From: a virus
Lineage: Duplodnaviria > Caudoviricetes
Virus record (IMG/VR): IMGVR_UViG_3300049983_000004
Coordinates: 1-34,037 of that record
Direction: 5' to 3' (one strand)
DNA: 34,037 nucleotides
A program made the translations under genes and the position numbers. Below are positions 1-8,417 of this stretch, in pieces (the stretch's first letter is position 1; each line of letters starts with the position of its first letter). The notes below the pieces were generated by a model that saw nothing but the letters and a program-made list of their open reading frames with translations, made no database searches and was not told where the DNA came from.

Positions 1-150
1 TTAAACCCCTCGGCCGCGGACGAGCTGAAGGATCAGCACGATCACCGCTACTACCAACAGGATATGTATCAGGTTACCGACCGCCGCCCCGGCAAAACCG
101 AATCCCAGCGCCCATAGAATCAACAGAATTAATATAATTGTCCAAAGCAT
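1..150 (-). CDS. Small membrane protein, lmo0937-like family (49 aa)
   Basis: Hand-translated, as it is absent from the ORF track: MLWTIILILLILWALGFGFAGAAVGNLIHILLVVAVIVLILQLVRGRGV. AAAGGAG RBS upstream; the G.LIHILLV motif is typical of the family. Confidence 0.85.
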   Translation of the reverse strand: MLWTIILILLILWALGFGFAGAAVGNLIHILLVVAVIVLILQLVRGRGV

Positions 151-250
151 GACATTTGTCTCCTTTTATTAGTTTTCAAAACTTTAAGAATCTCACATCC
201 ACGTATTGTGTATTGCTTCGATACGTTTTTGTTTTCCCGGAAAACTATTC

Positions 251-265
251 GCAAGTAACGTGCCA
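251..265 (-). promoter_or_regulatory. Sigma-54 (-24/-12) promoter for the small membrane protein
   Basis: Minus strand reads TGGCAC-GTTAC-TTGC, an exact TGGCAC-N5-TTGC consensus about 100 nt upstream of the ATG. Confidence 0.7.
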
Positions 266-480
266 CTCTGATTTTGGATTTTAGATTTTGGGTTTTGGAT
301 TATAAAAGATCAGTAGTCAGTAGTCGGATAAAGAAAGCCGAAGACAAATCAGTAACAGGTATAACCCCTACGATTTGATTCACGAATCCAAAATCTAAAA
401 TCCAAAATGAGGCTGAGATGGTAAGAGGAGGATAGGCCAAGGACACCTGGGGACGGGGTAGGAGCGTTTTGAACCGGGTC

Positions 481-626
481 ATTAGGTCATTGAGTCATTG
501 AATCATTGAAAGATTGAGAGATGGGAAGATTGGAAGATTTAGTGATTGAAAGATTGTTTCAATCACTAAATCACTAAATCACTAAATCACTAAATCACTA
601 AATCACTAAATCACTAAATCACTAAA
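481..626. repeat. Octamer tandem repeats: degenerate CATTGAGT/GATTGAAA units followed by perfect (AATCACTA)x8 at 561-624
   Basis: Directly visible. The same family recurs at about 1380-1445, 2295-2370, 5400-5495, 11850-11930, 19760-19940, 20315-20420, 24720-24805 and 25600-25690. Confidence 0.95.
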
Positions 627-1355
627 TTACTCCTGCTGCTGATTCGGTTTTAGTATGCCGGCTTCGACGTGTACGCTGCCGGCTTTGAGGTCGGGCCGTT
701 TTTCGGGGACCGGTACTGAAAGCGTGGTGCCCGGGTTTATGTCCCTGTATCTCTCGCCGGTGACCGACGCGATAACGTGCGCCTGGGCGTACCAGCCGGA
801 CATCGAGAACAAACCCTGGTCGTTCATTTCGTAGAGGACCTTTGCGCTCGATTCGAACTCGGCCCCGGATTTAAGAATGTACCCGATCAGCACATCGCGG
901 TTTTCGATCTTTACGGCAACGTAATCGATGTGGATATAAGATTTCCCGGCCAGGCCTTTCCCGAAGCCGCTGGCGGTCTGGAATTTGCTGACTTTGTGTT
1001 TCCCGTTCGAAGGCACGACCTTCCACTTGTAATTCTTTATATCCGCGAGAAACAGCGCGGCGACGGTCTGGGTGAGCGAGGCCAGGTACTCGTCGTTTAC
1101 GGGCGTTTCGGGCACCGCGACGAAGAGCCCGAGCGGGCTCCGGATGTAGGACATATAGGCGAGACCGGCGCCGGGCGAACTGTTAAGCTCGAACTCGTTT
1201 GGGACTGAGAATTTTACATCGCCGACGCTCGAGTATGCCTTATGCCCGGGGTCCTGCAGGGCGGAGAGATCGAGCTGGGCGGACGCCAGGCCGGCGCCGA
1301 ATAATATAAGTATGAGGACGGATGAAATACGAGCTAGGTTAATATTGCTGACCAT
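627..1355 (-). CDS. Secreted hypothetical protein (242 aa)
   Basis: N-terminal signal peptide ending ASA-Q; long ORF with coding-like composition. Confidence 0.75.
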   Translation of the reverse strand: MVSNINLARISSVLILILFGAGLASAQLDLSALQDPGHKAYSSVGDVKFSVPNEFELNSSPGAGLAYMSYIRSPLGLFVAVPETPVNDEYLASLTQTVAALFLADIKNYKWKVVPSNGKHKVSKFQTASGFGKGLAGKSYIHIDYVAVKIENRDVLIGYILKSGAEFESSAKVLYEMNDQGLFSMSGWYAQAHVIASVTGERYRDINPGTTLSVPVPEKRPDLKAGSVHVEAGILKPNQQQE

Positions 1356-1443
1356 ATTTTTTGACGAGCGTATCGTGATCGGATGATTGAGTGATTGAGT
1401 CAGCGGGTGATCGAGTCACTGAGTCATTGAATCAATCAATCAA

Positions 1444-2094
1444 TCAATTACTTCCGCCGCCGTCACTCGAACCGGTTCCCGTGCCATGGCCCGTGCCCCT
1501 GCCCTCGCCGGAGCCATAGCCTCCACCATGGCCCGAGCCCGAGCCACTGCTATCGCCAATGCCCGATCCGTAACCGCAGCGCCGGCCCTCGTATTTACAA
1601 GGATTGACCCCTCTGTGAACTCCGATCCCGCCCTTTGTTTCGAGGCCCTTGGTCTCGGTGATCTCGAATAGCGGCACCCGCGTGTTCACGCCCTCCGGGA
1701 CGCGCTCGAGCACCGATGCGAAAAACCGGCCGACGGCGACGATCCGGGCCTCGTCCGGCTCGGTCTGCCGGACCTCTTCGAGCAGGCCGCGGCAGGAAGG
1801 GTAGCCGGCGTCGCAGGCCAGGCGGACCCATTTATTGAGGCAGGCGTTGTCGGTAAGCGAGCTCGACCCGGCATTATTGAACTCGATATTGGCCTCGATG
1901 CGCACTATTTTGCCGTCATATCGCTCGGGCCGGCTCGCGAGCGCGCAGACGCTGACCGTTTCCGGCGGAACGCCCAATTCATGGAAACGGTCATCGCGCA
2001 CGACCTGGATATCCGGGAGCGGCATCAGGAAATACGCGGCCAGCGTACCGATAATAAATGTAAGAACTGCGGCAAAGGGTTTCAGGTAAAGCAT
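1444..2094 (-). CDS. Membrane-anchored hypothetical protein, possible OB-fold, Gly/Ser-rich tail (216 aa)
   Basis: N-terminal TM helix; VSVC.L...PERYDGKIVRI motif; C-terminal GSGxG repeats. Confidence 0.75.
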   Translation of the reverse strand: MLYLKPFAAVLTFIIGTLAAYFLMPLPDIQVVRDDRFHELGVPPETVSVCALASRPERYDGKIVRIEANIEFNNAGSSSLTDNACLNKWVRLACDAGYPSCRGLLEEVRQTEPDEARIVAVGRFFASVLERVPEGVNTRVPLFEITETKGLETKGGIGVHRGVNPCKYEGRRCGYGSGIGDSSGSGSGHGGGYGSGEGRGTGHGTGTGSSDGGGSN

Positions 2095-2095
2095 A

Positions 2096-2236
2096 AGAAT
2101 ACAGAATACAGAAGTCAGAAGTCGGAAGTCAGAATACAGAAGTCTGAAGTCAGAATACAGAATTCAGAAGTCAGGAGTCATAAGTCGGAAGTCAGAATAA
2201 GAAACTCCAACAACGAACAACGAACAACGAACAACA
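2096..2236. repeat. Heptamer tandem repeats (CAGAAGT/CAGAATA, then CAACGAA)
   Basis: Directly visible; the CAGAATA type also occurs at about 19205-19290 and 20940-20980. Confidence 0.9.
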
Positions 2237-2369
2237 CCTATTATTAACAGATAGGATGCAATTGCAAGGGTTTTAGTTGGAGCAGGGAGGGGAATTGAAT
2301 GATTAGATGATTTAGTGATCGAGTGATTGAAAAAAAATGAATCAATGATTCAATCACCCAATGACCCAA

Positions 2370-2618
2370 TTAGGCGGCCTTCTTTTCACCGTCCAACCCC
2401 GTGACCCATTCCTTGAACGATTCTTCATAGACGAGCCAGCCGATCGAGGTCGGGCCGCTGCCGGCGGTTTCGAAGGTGCCGTCCTCGCACATGTTGACGA
2501 GGGTCGCGCGGGAGAGCGGCGGGATGATGATCCGATGGATCTTGATCAGGCGCTCGATCTCGGAGAGGCGGAGTTTTGGGCGAGGATTAATATCAAACGT
2601 TTGTTGTGATTTGTGCAT
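2370..2618 (-). CDS. Small excisionase/MerR-like winged-helix DNA-binding protein (82 aa), divergent from the phage-like operon
   Basis: LSRATLVNMCEDG...GWLVYEESFKEWV resembles the Xis/AlpA/lambda Nu1 N-terminal fold pattern (by eye). Confidence 0.6.
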   Translation of the reverse strand: MHKSQQTFDINPRPKLRLSEIERLIKIHRIIIPPLSRATLVNMCEDGTFETAGSGPTSIGWLVYEESFKEWVTGLDGEKKAA

Positions 2619-2794
2619 TGTCGGTAATTCGTGGTCGGTAGTTAGTAATTAGTTGTTCGTGGTTAGAGTTTATTGTTCTTAAATGAACTCAATGAACTGT
2701 TCTACCGACCACGGACAACGAACTACGACCCAATCTTCTATTTTATCGATTCCTCCAAAGTTCAACAGATCAGAGGACATATTAAAAAGGGCAA

Positions 2795-2823
2795 TTGTTT
2801 AGGCAGGGCCTATCGCCTACTCT
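2795..2823 (+). promoter_or_regulatory. Candidate sigma-70 promoter for block 1
   Basis: TTGTTT-17 nt-TACTCT, about 340 nt upstream of the lysin ATG; imperfect match. Confidence 0.3.
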
Positions 2824-3162
2824 GATAGTCGGGCCGGGAGATGCCCGGCCTTTCCCCGGCCCGGCGGACGATATATAAGAGGCGGAAGAAATAAACAAGC
2901 GAAAAACGGTTCGCCCAATATCGTCCGATTGTTATAAATATAATACACCCGTTAAGAATATCTTACAAGTGCCTATCCACCGATTTTTGGATTTTAGATT
3001 TTAGATTTTGGATTTGAAACCCTAAGCGCCCGCACGAAATGAAGAGTGCGCATCAGCAGGTGTGCGGGTTTTCCAAGATCAAGGTCAAAGTTTCAGGATC
3101 AAAATCAAATCAAAGATCAACGGTCAAAGATCAAATCCCAAACCCAAAACCCAAAAATTGAA

Positions 3163-4416
3163 ATGAGTTTCTCTGAGAAGGACAAATTAAAAGCGCTGGC
3201 GATCGTGCATATTTTCGAGACCTCGAAGGCTTTTGGCGATTACGGGGCGTGCGTGGTGCTCAATGACGGGGCCGGAGTTTCGTACGGCATCAACCAGTTT
3301 ACGCACCGGTCGGGGTCGCTGCTCGAGGTGGTGACCGCCTATTTCAGAAACGGCGGGACCCTCGGGCGGGCCGCTATCGAGGAGGCGGTGCCGCTGCTCA
3401 GGCAAAAAGGCCCGGGCGCGATCGGCGAGCTGGCCGGTGACACGCGGTTCAAAAAGGCCCTGAAGGCGGCGGCGCTGACCAGCGAGATGCGCGCCGCGCA
3501 ACACGAGATCGCCGAGAAGCGATACCTGCATCCGGCGGTGGAGGCGGCCGAGGGGTCGGGTTTTGTGCTGCCCCTTTCGCTAGCAGTTATATACGATTCG
3601 ATAAATCACGGCTCTTACGCGCGCATTCGCGACCGGGTAAAGATCTCGAAAAAGAATTATTCCTCTCTCCTGGAGTTTGAAAAGGCGTGGATCTATTCGT
3701 ATGTGAAGAACCGCGACGCGTGGCTGGAATCGGTCCCGAGGCTGGCCGTGACCGATTACCGGACCGACTTTTTTCTGGCCCAGATCGCGCGCGGCAACTG
3801 GATGCTCGAGCTGCCGGTGAACGTTCACGGGCTGAAGCTCAGCGAGGTAAGCGGCGGGCAGCGAGAGGTAAGCAGTGAAGAGCGCGGGCGGGTCGCCCAC
3901 GCAACAGCCGCCGGGTCGGCGGCGGTACAAGAAGATTCGGCGGTTGAGCCGTTAGATCAGCCCACAGAAACCCTTGCGATACCCCAAATTTCCCCTGACA
4001 CCCTGCCAGAATCCCCTGAAAACGCCCACATTACGGCTCAACCGCCGGATGTTTTCGGAGGAGCGGGTGGAGAAGAGGAGAAGAGGAGTGGAGGAGACGA
4101 GGAGACGGCTGGTTTAAATGAAAAAGGCGGAATTCTTACCCGGGCCGGCGAAGTCCTGGATACCGCGGGCTCGAAATTCGACCGGGTAAACGAGGTCGTT
4201 TCGGGGCTCGGCCAGCGCAAGGACGCGGCCAAATCGCTCTGGACGACCGTGGGAAGCACGATCTGGCAATCGGTCTGGGCGGTGATCGCTTTTATCATCG
4301 GGCTGCCCCGCGAGGTGTGGCTGACGGTGGCGGTGATCGCCGGCGCGTTCATGCTCTATTACCTTTACCGGCAGATCAGCCTGGGGAAGATCCGCGAAAC
4401 CCAGTCCAAAGTCTAA
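3163..4416 (+). CDS. Endolysin-like lysozyme/chitosanase (GH46-like) fold hydrolase with disordered linker and C-terminal TM segments
   Basis: IVHIFET...DYG..VVLNDGAGVSYGINQFT catalytic-type motif; hydrophobic C-terminus. Start moved to ATG 3163 because the upstream extension is heptamer repeat. Confidence 0.75.
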   Translation: MSFSEKDKLKALAIVHIFETSKAFGDYGACVVLNDGAGVSYGINQFTHRSGSLLEVVTAYFRNGGTLGRAAIEEAVPLLRQKGPGAIGELAGDTRFKKALKAAALTSEMRAAQHEIAEKRYLHPAVEAAEGSGFVLPLSLAVIYDSINHGSYARIRDRVKISKKNYSSLLEFEKAWIYSYVKNRDAWLESVPRLAVTDYRTDFFLAQIARGNWMLELPVNVHGLKLSEVSGGQREVSSEERGRVAHATAAGSAAVQEDSAVEPLDQPTETLAIPQISPDTLPESPENAHITAQPPDVFGGAGGEEEKRSGGDEETAGLNEKGGILTRAGEVLDTAGSKFDRVNEVVSGLGQRKDAAKSLWTTVGSTIWQSVWAVIAFIIGLPREVWLTVAVIAGAFMLYYLYRQISLGKIRETQSKV

Positions 4417-4485
4417 AGGCCAATGTCCAAAGTCACTCGTTTTTGACCTTGGACTTTGGACCTTGGCCCTTGGACTAACTTTGAA

Positions 4486-4959
4486 ATGAAACCTGTAAGC
4501 CAACAAATCACGACGGGAGGCGATGGCGACTGCCTGAGCGCTTGCATGGCAAGCTTGCTCGAGCTCGAGATCGGCCGGGTGCCGAAATTCCGGCGCGATC
4601 ACGGACCGGTAGAAATGATGCCGGCGGTGAGGAAATGGCTTAGCGAGACTTTCGGCCTGTCGCTGATCTGCGTCTATCTTGAAAAGGTCCCGGTCAAGCT
4701 CTTGGGGGCCGCGCCCGGGCAATTATGTATCGCCGTGGGCCTGAGCCCGTCGCGCGGCGGGCTGCGTCACGCGGTGGTCGGACGTCTCAGCGATGGCGGC
4801 CGGGCCTTTGAGATACTACATGACCCGCATCCCTCGGGAAAGGGGATAAGCGGCCAACCGATCGCGCTTTTTTTTCTGGTTCCGGTCGATATTGGCCCCA
4901 AATCTCGAAGTCCCAAAAGCCGCAAGTCGGACCCCTTTAAACTCAAGAGGTCATTTTGA
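4486..4959 (+). CDS. Phage-type papain-like cysteine peptidase
   Basis: Q...GDCLSACMASLL, HAVVG and HDPHP give a Cys-His-Asp arrangement. Confidence 0.6.
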   Translation: MKPVSQQITTGGDGDCLSACMASLLELEIGRVPKFRRDHGPVEMMPAVRKWLSETFGLSLICVYLEKVPVKLLGAAPGQLCIAVGLSPSRGGLRHAVVGRLSDGGRAFEILHDPHPSGKGISGQPIALFFLVPVDIGPKSRSPKSRKSDPFKLKRSF

Positions 4960-5204
4960 AAACTAAACCTGGGCAGTTCGTAGTCCGTGGTCCGTGGTCC
5001 GTGGTCCGTTGCTCGTAAGGCTGCGGCACCCATTGATGATTAACACCAACCACGGACAACCGACCACGGACGAACAAATTGTTCGACGCCTTCAGCGTCG
5101 GATACAAATCGGCGGCCTTACCCAGGGTATCGCTCGTTTCACTCGCTCTAACCCTGGGCTTTAATGTATGTCGCCGTTGGCGACCGGAAAGAATTTCTTA
5201 CCTC

Positions 5205-5423
5205 ATGCAAGATACAAAAAACATTATGCTCGCCGGTTTGAGCAGCTTGACGTCTTTTTTTGCGGTGATAGAGACGCAGACCCTTATCACTATTATTTCA
5301 GCCATTATTTTGCCGATACTTTTCTTTTGTGTCGGTAAGGCCGTGGATGTGATGGTGCAGATACGCTTTCGGCAGATGGCCGAGAGAAGGAAGACCAGGG
5401 AGATTGAATCATTGAATCAGTGA
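5205..5423 (+). CDS. Putative holin (72 aa)
   Basis: Small protein with 1-2 hydrophobic helices and a basic C-terminus, lying between the lysin and spanin-like genes. Confidence 0.55.
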   Translation: MQDTKNIMLAGLSSLTSFFAVIETQTLITIISAIILPILFFCVGKAVDVMVQIRFRQMAERRKTREIESLNQ

Positions 5424-5505
5424 AATCATTGGATGATTGGATGATTGACTGATCGGACCAATCACTAAATCACGAAATCGCTCAATGGCTCAATAAACCA
5501 AATTT

Positions 5506-5937
5506 ATGACTATTAGAGACATATTTTCACTCGCCCTGGTTGAGCTTACGCCGCGGCGGAAGATCTACCTGGCGCTGACGATCGGCGGCGCGATACTGGT
5601 GTGCGTCATGGCCGGCTCGGCGTGGTCGCATTTTACGATCCGCGGGCTCGAGCGCGATGTCCGGGCCGCGAAAGATCAGGCCGACAACAAGCAGAAGATC
5701 GCCGATGCTAAAGAACGCGAGGCCGAAAAATACCGGCTGCAGGCGGAACGGCTCGAGGGGTCTCTCGCGGAGATCCAAAAGATAGCAAAAAAACAAGATG
5801 AAGAACTGGAAAAAATTTCTGATCAAACGGGTAATGCCCGCAATGATGCTGCTCGGGCTCGCGGCGTTCGGGCACTGGACAGCACGAGCGCAGAACTCTG
5901 CCGGCGGCTCGAAGAGCTCGGACACGGGTGTAATTAG
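5506..5937 (+). CDS. Inner-membrane spanin (Rz)-like protein
   Basis: N-terminal TM, long coiled coil and two C-terminal Cys; position in the lysis cassette. Confidence 0.6.
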   Translation: MTIRDIFSLALVELTPRRKIYLALTIGGAILVCVMAGSAWSHFTIRGLERDVRAAKDQADNKQKIADAKEREAEKYRLQAERLEGSLAEIQKIAKKQDEELEKISDQTGNARNDAARARGVRALDSTSAELCRRLEELGHGCN

Positions 5938-6382
5938 TCCAAGGTCCAAGGTTCAAGGTTCAAAGTCGGAAGACCGTAGCGCCGCCGACCCGGCAGCTGT
6001 CGTGGGAGCGACCCCCTCCCACCTTACTACACCCGACGACCTTCAAAAACTAATAAATTCCTGCGCTGCCGCGGTCGAGGACCTGGCGAAAACCCGGATA
6101 CTCGTTGACGCGCTGGAAAGGGAGAATGGCCTATTAAAAGAAAGGCTCGAGACGGAGAAGAGGACCTCGGGGGTACTGCTTGAGCTGAACGAGACGAGGA
6201 AAGCGGAGGCTTTGTCTTTAAGGGAGACGGTCGCGGCCAAGAACGAGACGATCGTCGCCAAGGACGGGGTGATCGCCGCCCAGGACAAGCTGATCGAGAC
6301 GCTGAAAAAGAAAAAGACGTCGCCGTTGAAGCGGGTCCAGGATGTGCTGATCGGGGTGGCGTTGTTTGCGTTGTTCAGGTAG
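5798..6382 (+). CDS. Secreted coiled-coil protein overlapping the Rz-like gene (Rz1-position partner)
   Basis: 140-nt overlap in the +1 frame; signal peptide (ARA-Q), coiled coil and hydrophobic C-terminus; no lipobox Cys. Confidence 0.6.
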   Translation: MKNWKKFLIKRVMPAMMLLGLAAFGHWTARAQNSAGGSKSSDTGVISPRSKVQGSKSEDRSAADPAAVVGATPSHLTTPDDLQKLINSCAAAVEDLAKTRILVDALERENGLLKERLETEKRTSGVLLELNETRKAEALSLRETVAAKNETIVAKDGVIAAQDKLIETLKKKKTSPLKRVQDVLIGVALFALFR

Positions 6383-6467
6383 GCATTTTAACCGCCGATA
6401 CGCCGAAGACGAGGAGTAAGAATTTACAGGGATATCAGGATGGACAGGGATAAGAAGAAAGATTTTA

Positions 6468-6716
6468 GCGGCTTGCCGCATGCACGTGTGGAAGGGTTTA
6501 CCCTTCCGCACTGATCGTCCATTTGTTTTTTGGGGCTGCGCCCCCGCCTCGAGGCGTAGCCTCTCGGTAGAATCTAAAAGATGCACTTAACGGAAAGGCA
6601 AGCCTTTCCGCACGAACACGGGGCAAGCCCCAAAAGGCCATTTGCTGATCGACGAATAATTATTCGACGCCTTCAGCGTCGGATGCAAATGGGCGACCGC
6701 ACCCAGGATACCCGCC
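6468..6716. repeat. Cluster of REP-like palindromes
   Basis: GGAAGGG..CCCTTCCGCAC-type hairpins (also 21005-21055) and TTCGACGCCTTCAGCGTCGGAT (also 5082-5103). Confidence 0.75.
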
Positions 6717-6799
6717 GGCAATTTTGGATTTTGGATTTTGGATTGGAATCGAACCATCCCTTCAGCCGAACGCTGCTACTGACAACCTTCATATAATTT

Positions 6800-8311
6800 G
6801 TGCGCCGTGGTAATTCAAATCGAAAATCGAAAACCGAAAATCCAAAATCGAAAGAACTTCCCGATTTCCCGGACTGGCTCAAACAGGTTTCCCCGCACTG
6901 GACGTGGAATTGGGCGCACCAGATCTATCTATACGAAAAGCTCGCGATGGTAACCACCGGACAATGTAAAAGGCTGATGATCTTTATGCCGCCGCGGCAT
7001 TCGAAATCGGAGACCGTCACCGTCCACTACTCGGCCTGGCGGCTGGAGCGCGAAGAGCATTTGAACATCATCCTCGGAAGCTATAACCAAAAACTGGCCA
7101 ACCGTTTTTCGCGCCGGATCAAGCGCCTGGCCGAAACCAGGCTTCCCATCTCGTCGGAGCGCAAGGCGTCAGAGGAATGGGAGACCAAGGCGGGCGGGGG
7201 TGTCAGGGCGGTCGGGGTGGGCGCGGGCGTTACGGGGTTTGGGGCGAAGCTGATCATGATCGACGACCCGGTGAAGAACCGCGCGCAGGCCGAAAGCGAG
7301 CGCTGCCGCGAGAATTGCTGGGATTGGTTTAACGACGATATCTATACCCGGCTCGAACCCGGGGGCGCGATAATCCTGACCCAGACGCGCTGGCATGACG
7401 ACGACCTGGCCGGCCGGCTGATCAGGGAAATGAAGGAAGAGGGGGGAGAGGATTGGACGGTGGTGAATTTACCGGCGCTGGCGGAAGAAACTGGTCCTGA
7501 GTGTAGCGCCGCCGACCCGGCGGCTGTATCGGAGGGCGACTCGCCCTCCGTCCGCGTTGAAGAAAGGGTGAGGGCGGGTCGCCCTCACGACAGCCGGCGA
7601 GTCGCCGGCGCTACGGGTGATCCTCTCGGTCGCGAACCCGGCCAGGCGCTTTGCCCGGACCGGTATGACGAGGAGGCGCTTCTCCGGATCAAAAACAAAC
7701 TCGGCGCATACTCGTTTGCCGCGCTCTACCAGCAGCGGCCGATCCCGCACGAGGGAGCGCTGTTCAAACGGAAGTGGTTTACCGGCAAGATCGTGGACAA
7801 GGCGCCGAGGGGCCTGACCCGGTGGGTGCGCGGATACGACCTGGCCGTCTCGACAAAGACGAGCGCCGATTACACGGCGTCGTTCCGCTGCGCCTATGAC
7901 AATGACGGCAACCTGTTTATCGCCGACGGCTTTCGCGAGCGGATCGAGTATCCCGAGCAGCGGCGGTATGTCGTGGGCCGGATGACCTCGGAGAAAAATA
8001 CCGAGCACGGCATAGAAAAAGCGCTGCACGGGCAGGCGTTCGTCCAGGACCTGAGGCAGATGCGGCAGGTGCGGGGCGTGCCCTTCAAGGCGGTCAGGGT
8101 CGAATCGGACAAGTATACGCGGGCACTAGCGTGGGCGAACCTGGCCGAGGAAGGACGCGTGTACCTGGTGCAGGGCGCGTGGATAAACGCGTTTTTGGAC
8201 GAGATATGCCGGTTTACGGGCCGCGGGGATGCGCATGACGACCAGGTCGACGCGGTGAGCTTGGCGGTCGGGTTATTGGCCAAGCCGAGAGGCAAATCGT
8301 TTGGATGGTAG
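6800..8311 (+). CDS. terL: Phage terminase large subunit
   Basis: MPPRHSKSE (Walker A), LIMIDDP (Walker B), QTRWHDDDL, YQQRP, and nuclease motifs GYDLA and HDDQVDA. Start codon uncertain. Confidence 0.95.
   Translation: MRRGNSNRKSKTENPKSKELPDFPDWLKQVSPHWTWNWAHQIYLYEKLAMVTTGQCKRLMIFMPPRHSKSETVTVHYSAWRLEREEHLNIILGSYNQKLANRFSRRIKRLAETRLPISSERKASEEWETKAGGGVRAVGVGAGVTGFGAKLIMIDDPVKNRAQAESERCRENCWDWFNDDIYTRLEPGGAIILTQTRWHDDDLAGRLIREMKEEGGEDWTVVNLPALAEETGPECSAADPAAVSEGDSPSVRVEERVRAGRPHDSRRVAGATGDPLGREPGQALCPDRYDEEALLRIKNKLGAYSFAALYQQRPIPHEGALFKRKWFTGKIVDKAPRGLTRWVRGYDLAVSTKTSADYTASFRCAYDNDGNLFIADGFRERIEYPEQRRYVVGRMTSEKNTEHGIEKALHGQAFVQDLRQMRQVRGVPFKAVRVESDKYTRALAWANLAEEGRVYLVQGAWINAFLDEICRFTGRGDAHDDQVDAVSLAVGLLAKPRGKSFGW
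7503..7614. repeat. Palindromic REP/MITE element (family A) inserted in frame in terL
   Basis: GTAGCGCCGCCGACCCGGCGGCTGT...ACAGCCGGCGAGTCGCCGGCGCTAC with internal hairpins; translates as SAADPAAVS...RRVAGAT. Confidence 0.9.
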
Positions 8312-8417
8312 AGGTTAGTTCAAGGTTCGAGGTTCAAAGTTCAAGGTTAGGAACCGGACCGTAGATCTGACTTAAAAAACAATAACTTCAGAAACTTTGA
8401 ACTTTGAACTCTTATTT

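Noticed and set aside
481-626. Tandem repeats as a CRISPR array
   Set aside because: Units are 7-8 nt with no unique spacers, and no cas genes are present.
1981-2247. Repeat-derived ORFs and N-terminal extensions (also 3046-3162, 6581-6882, 25170-25241, 29706-29810)
   Set aside because: Translations such as QKSEVR, SKIQN and DFGF simply reflect heptamer or REP sequence.
7503-7614. Intein or intron in terL
   Set aside because: Too short, lacks intein terminal His-Asn and splicing motifs, and matches a dispersed DNA palindrome.
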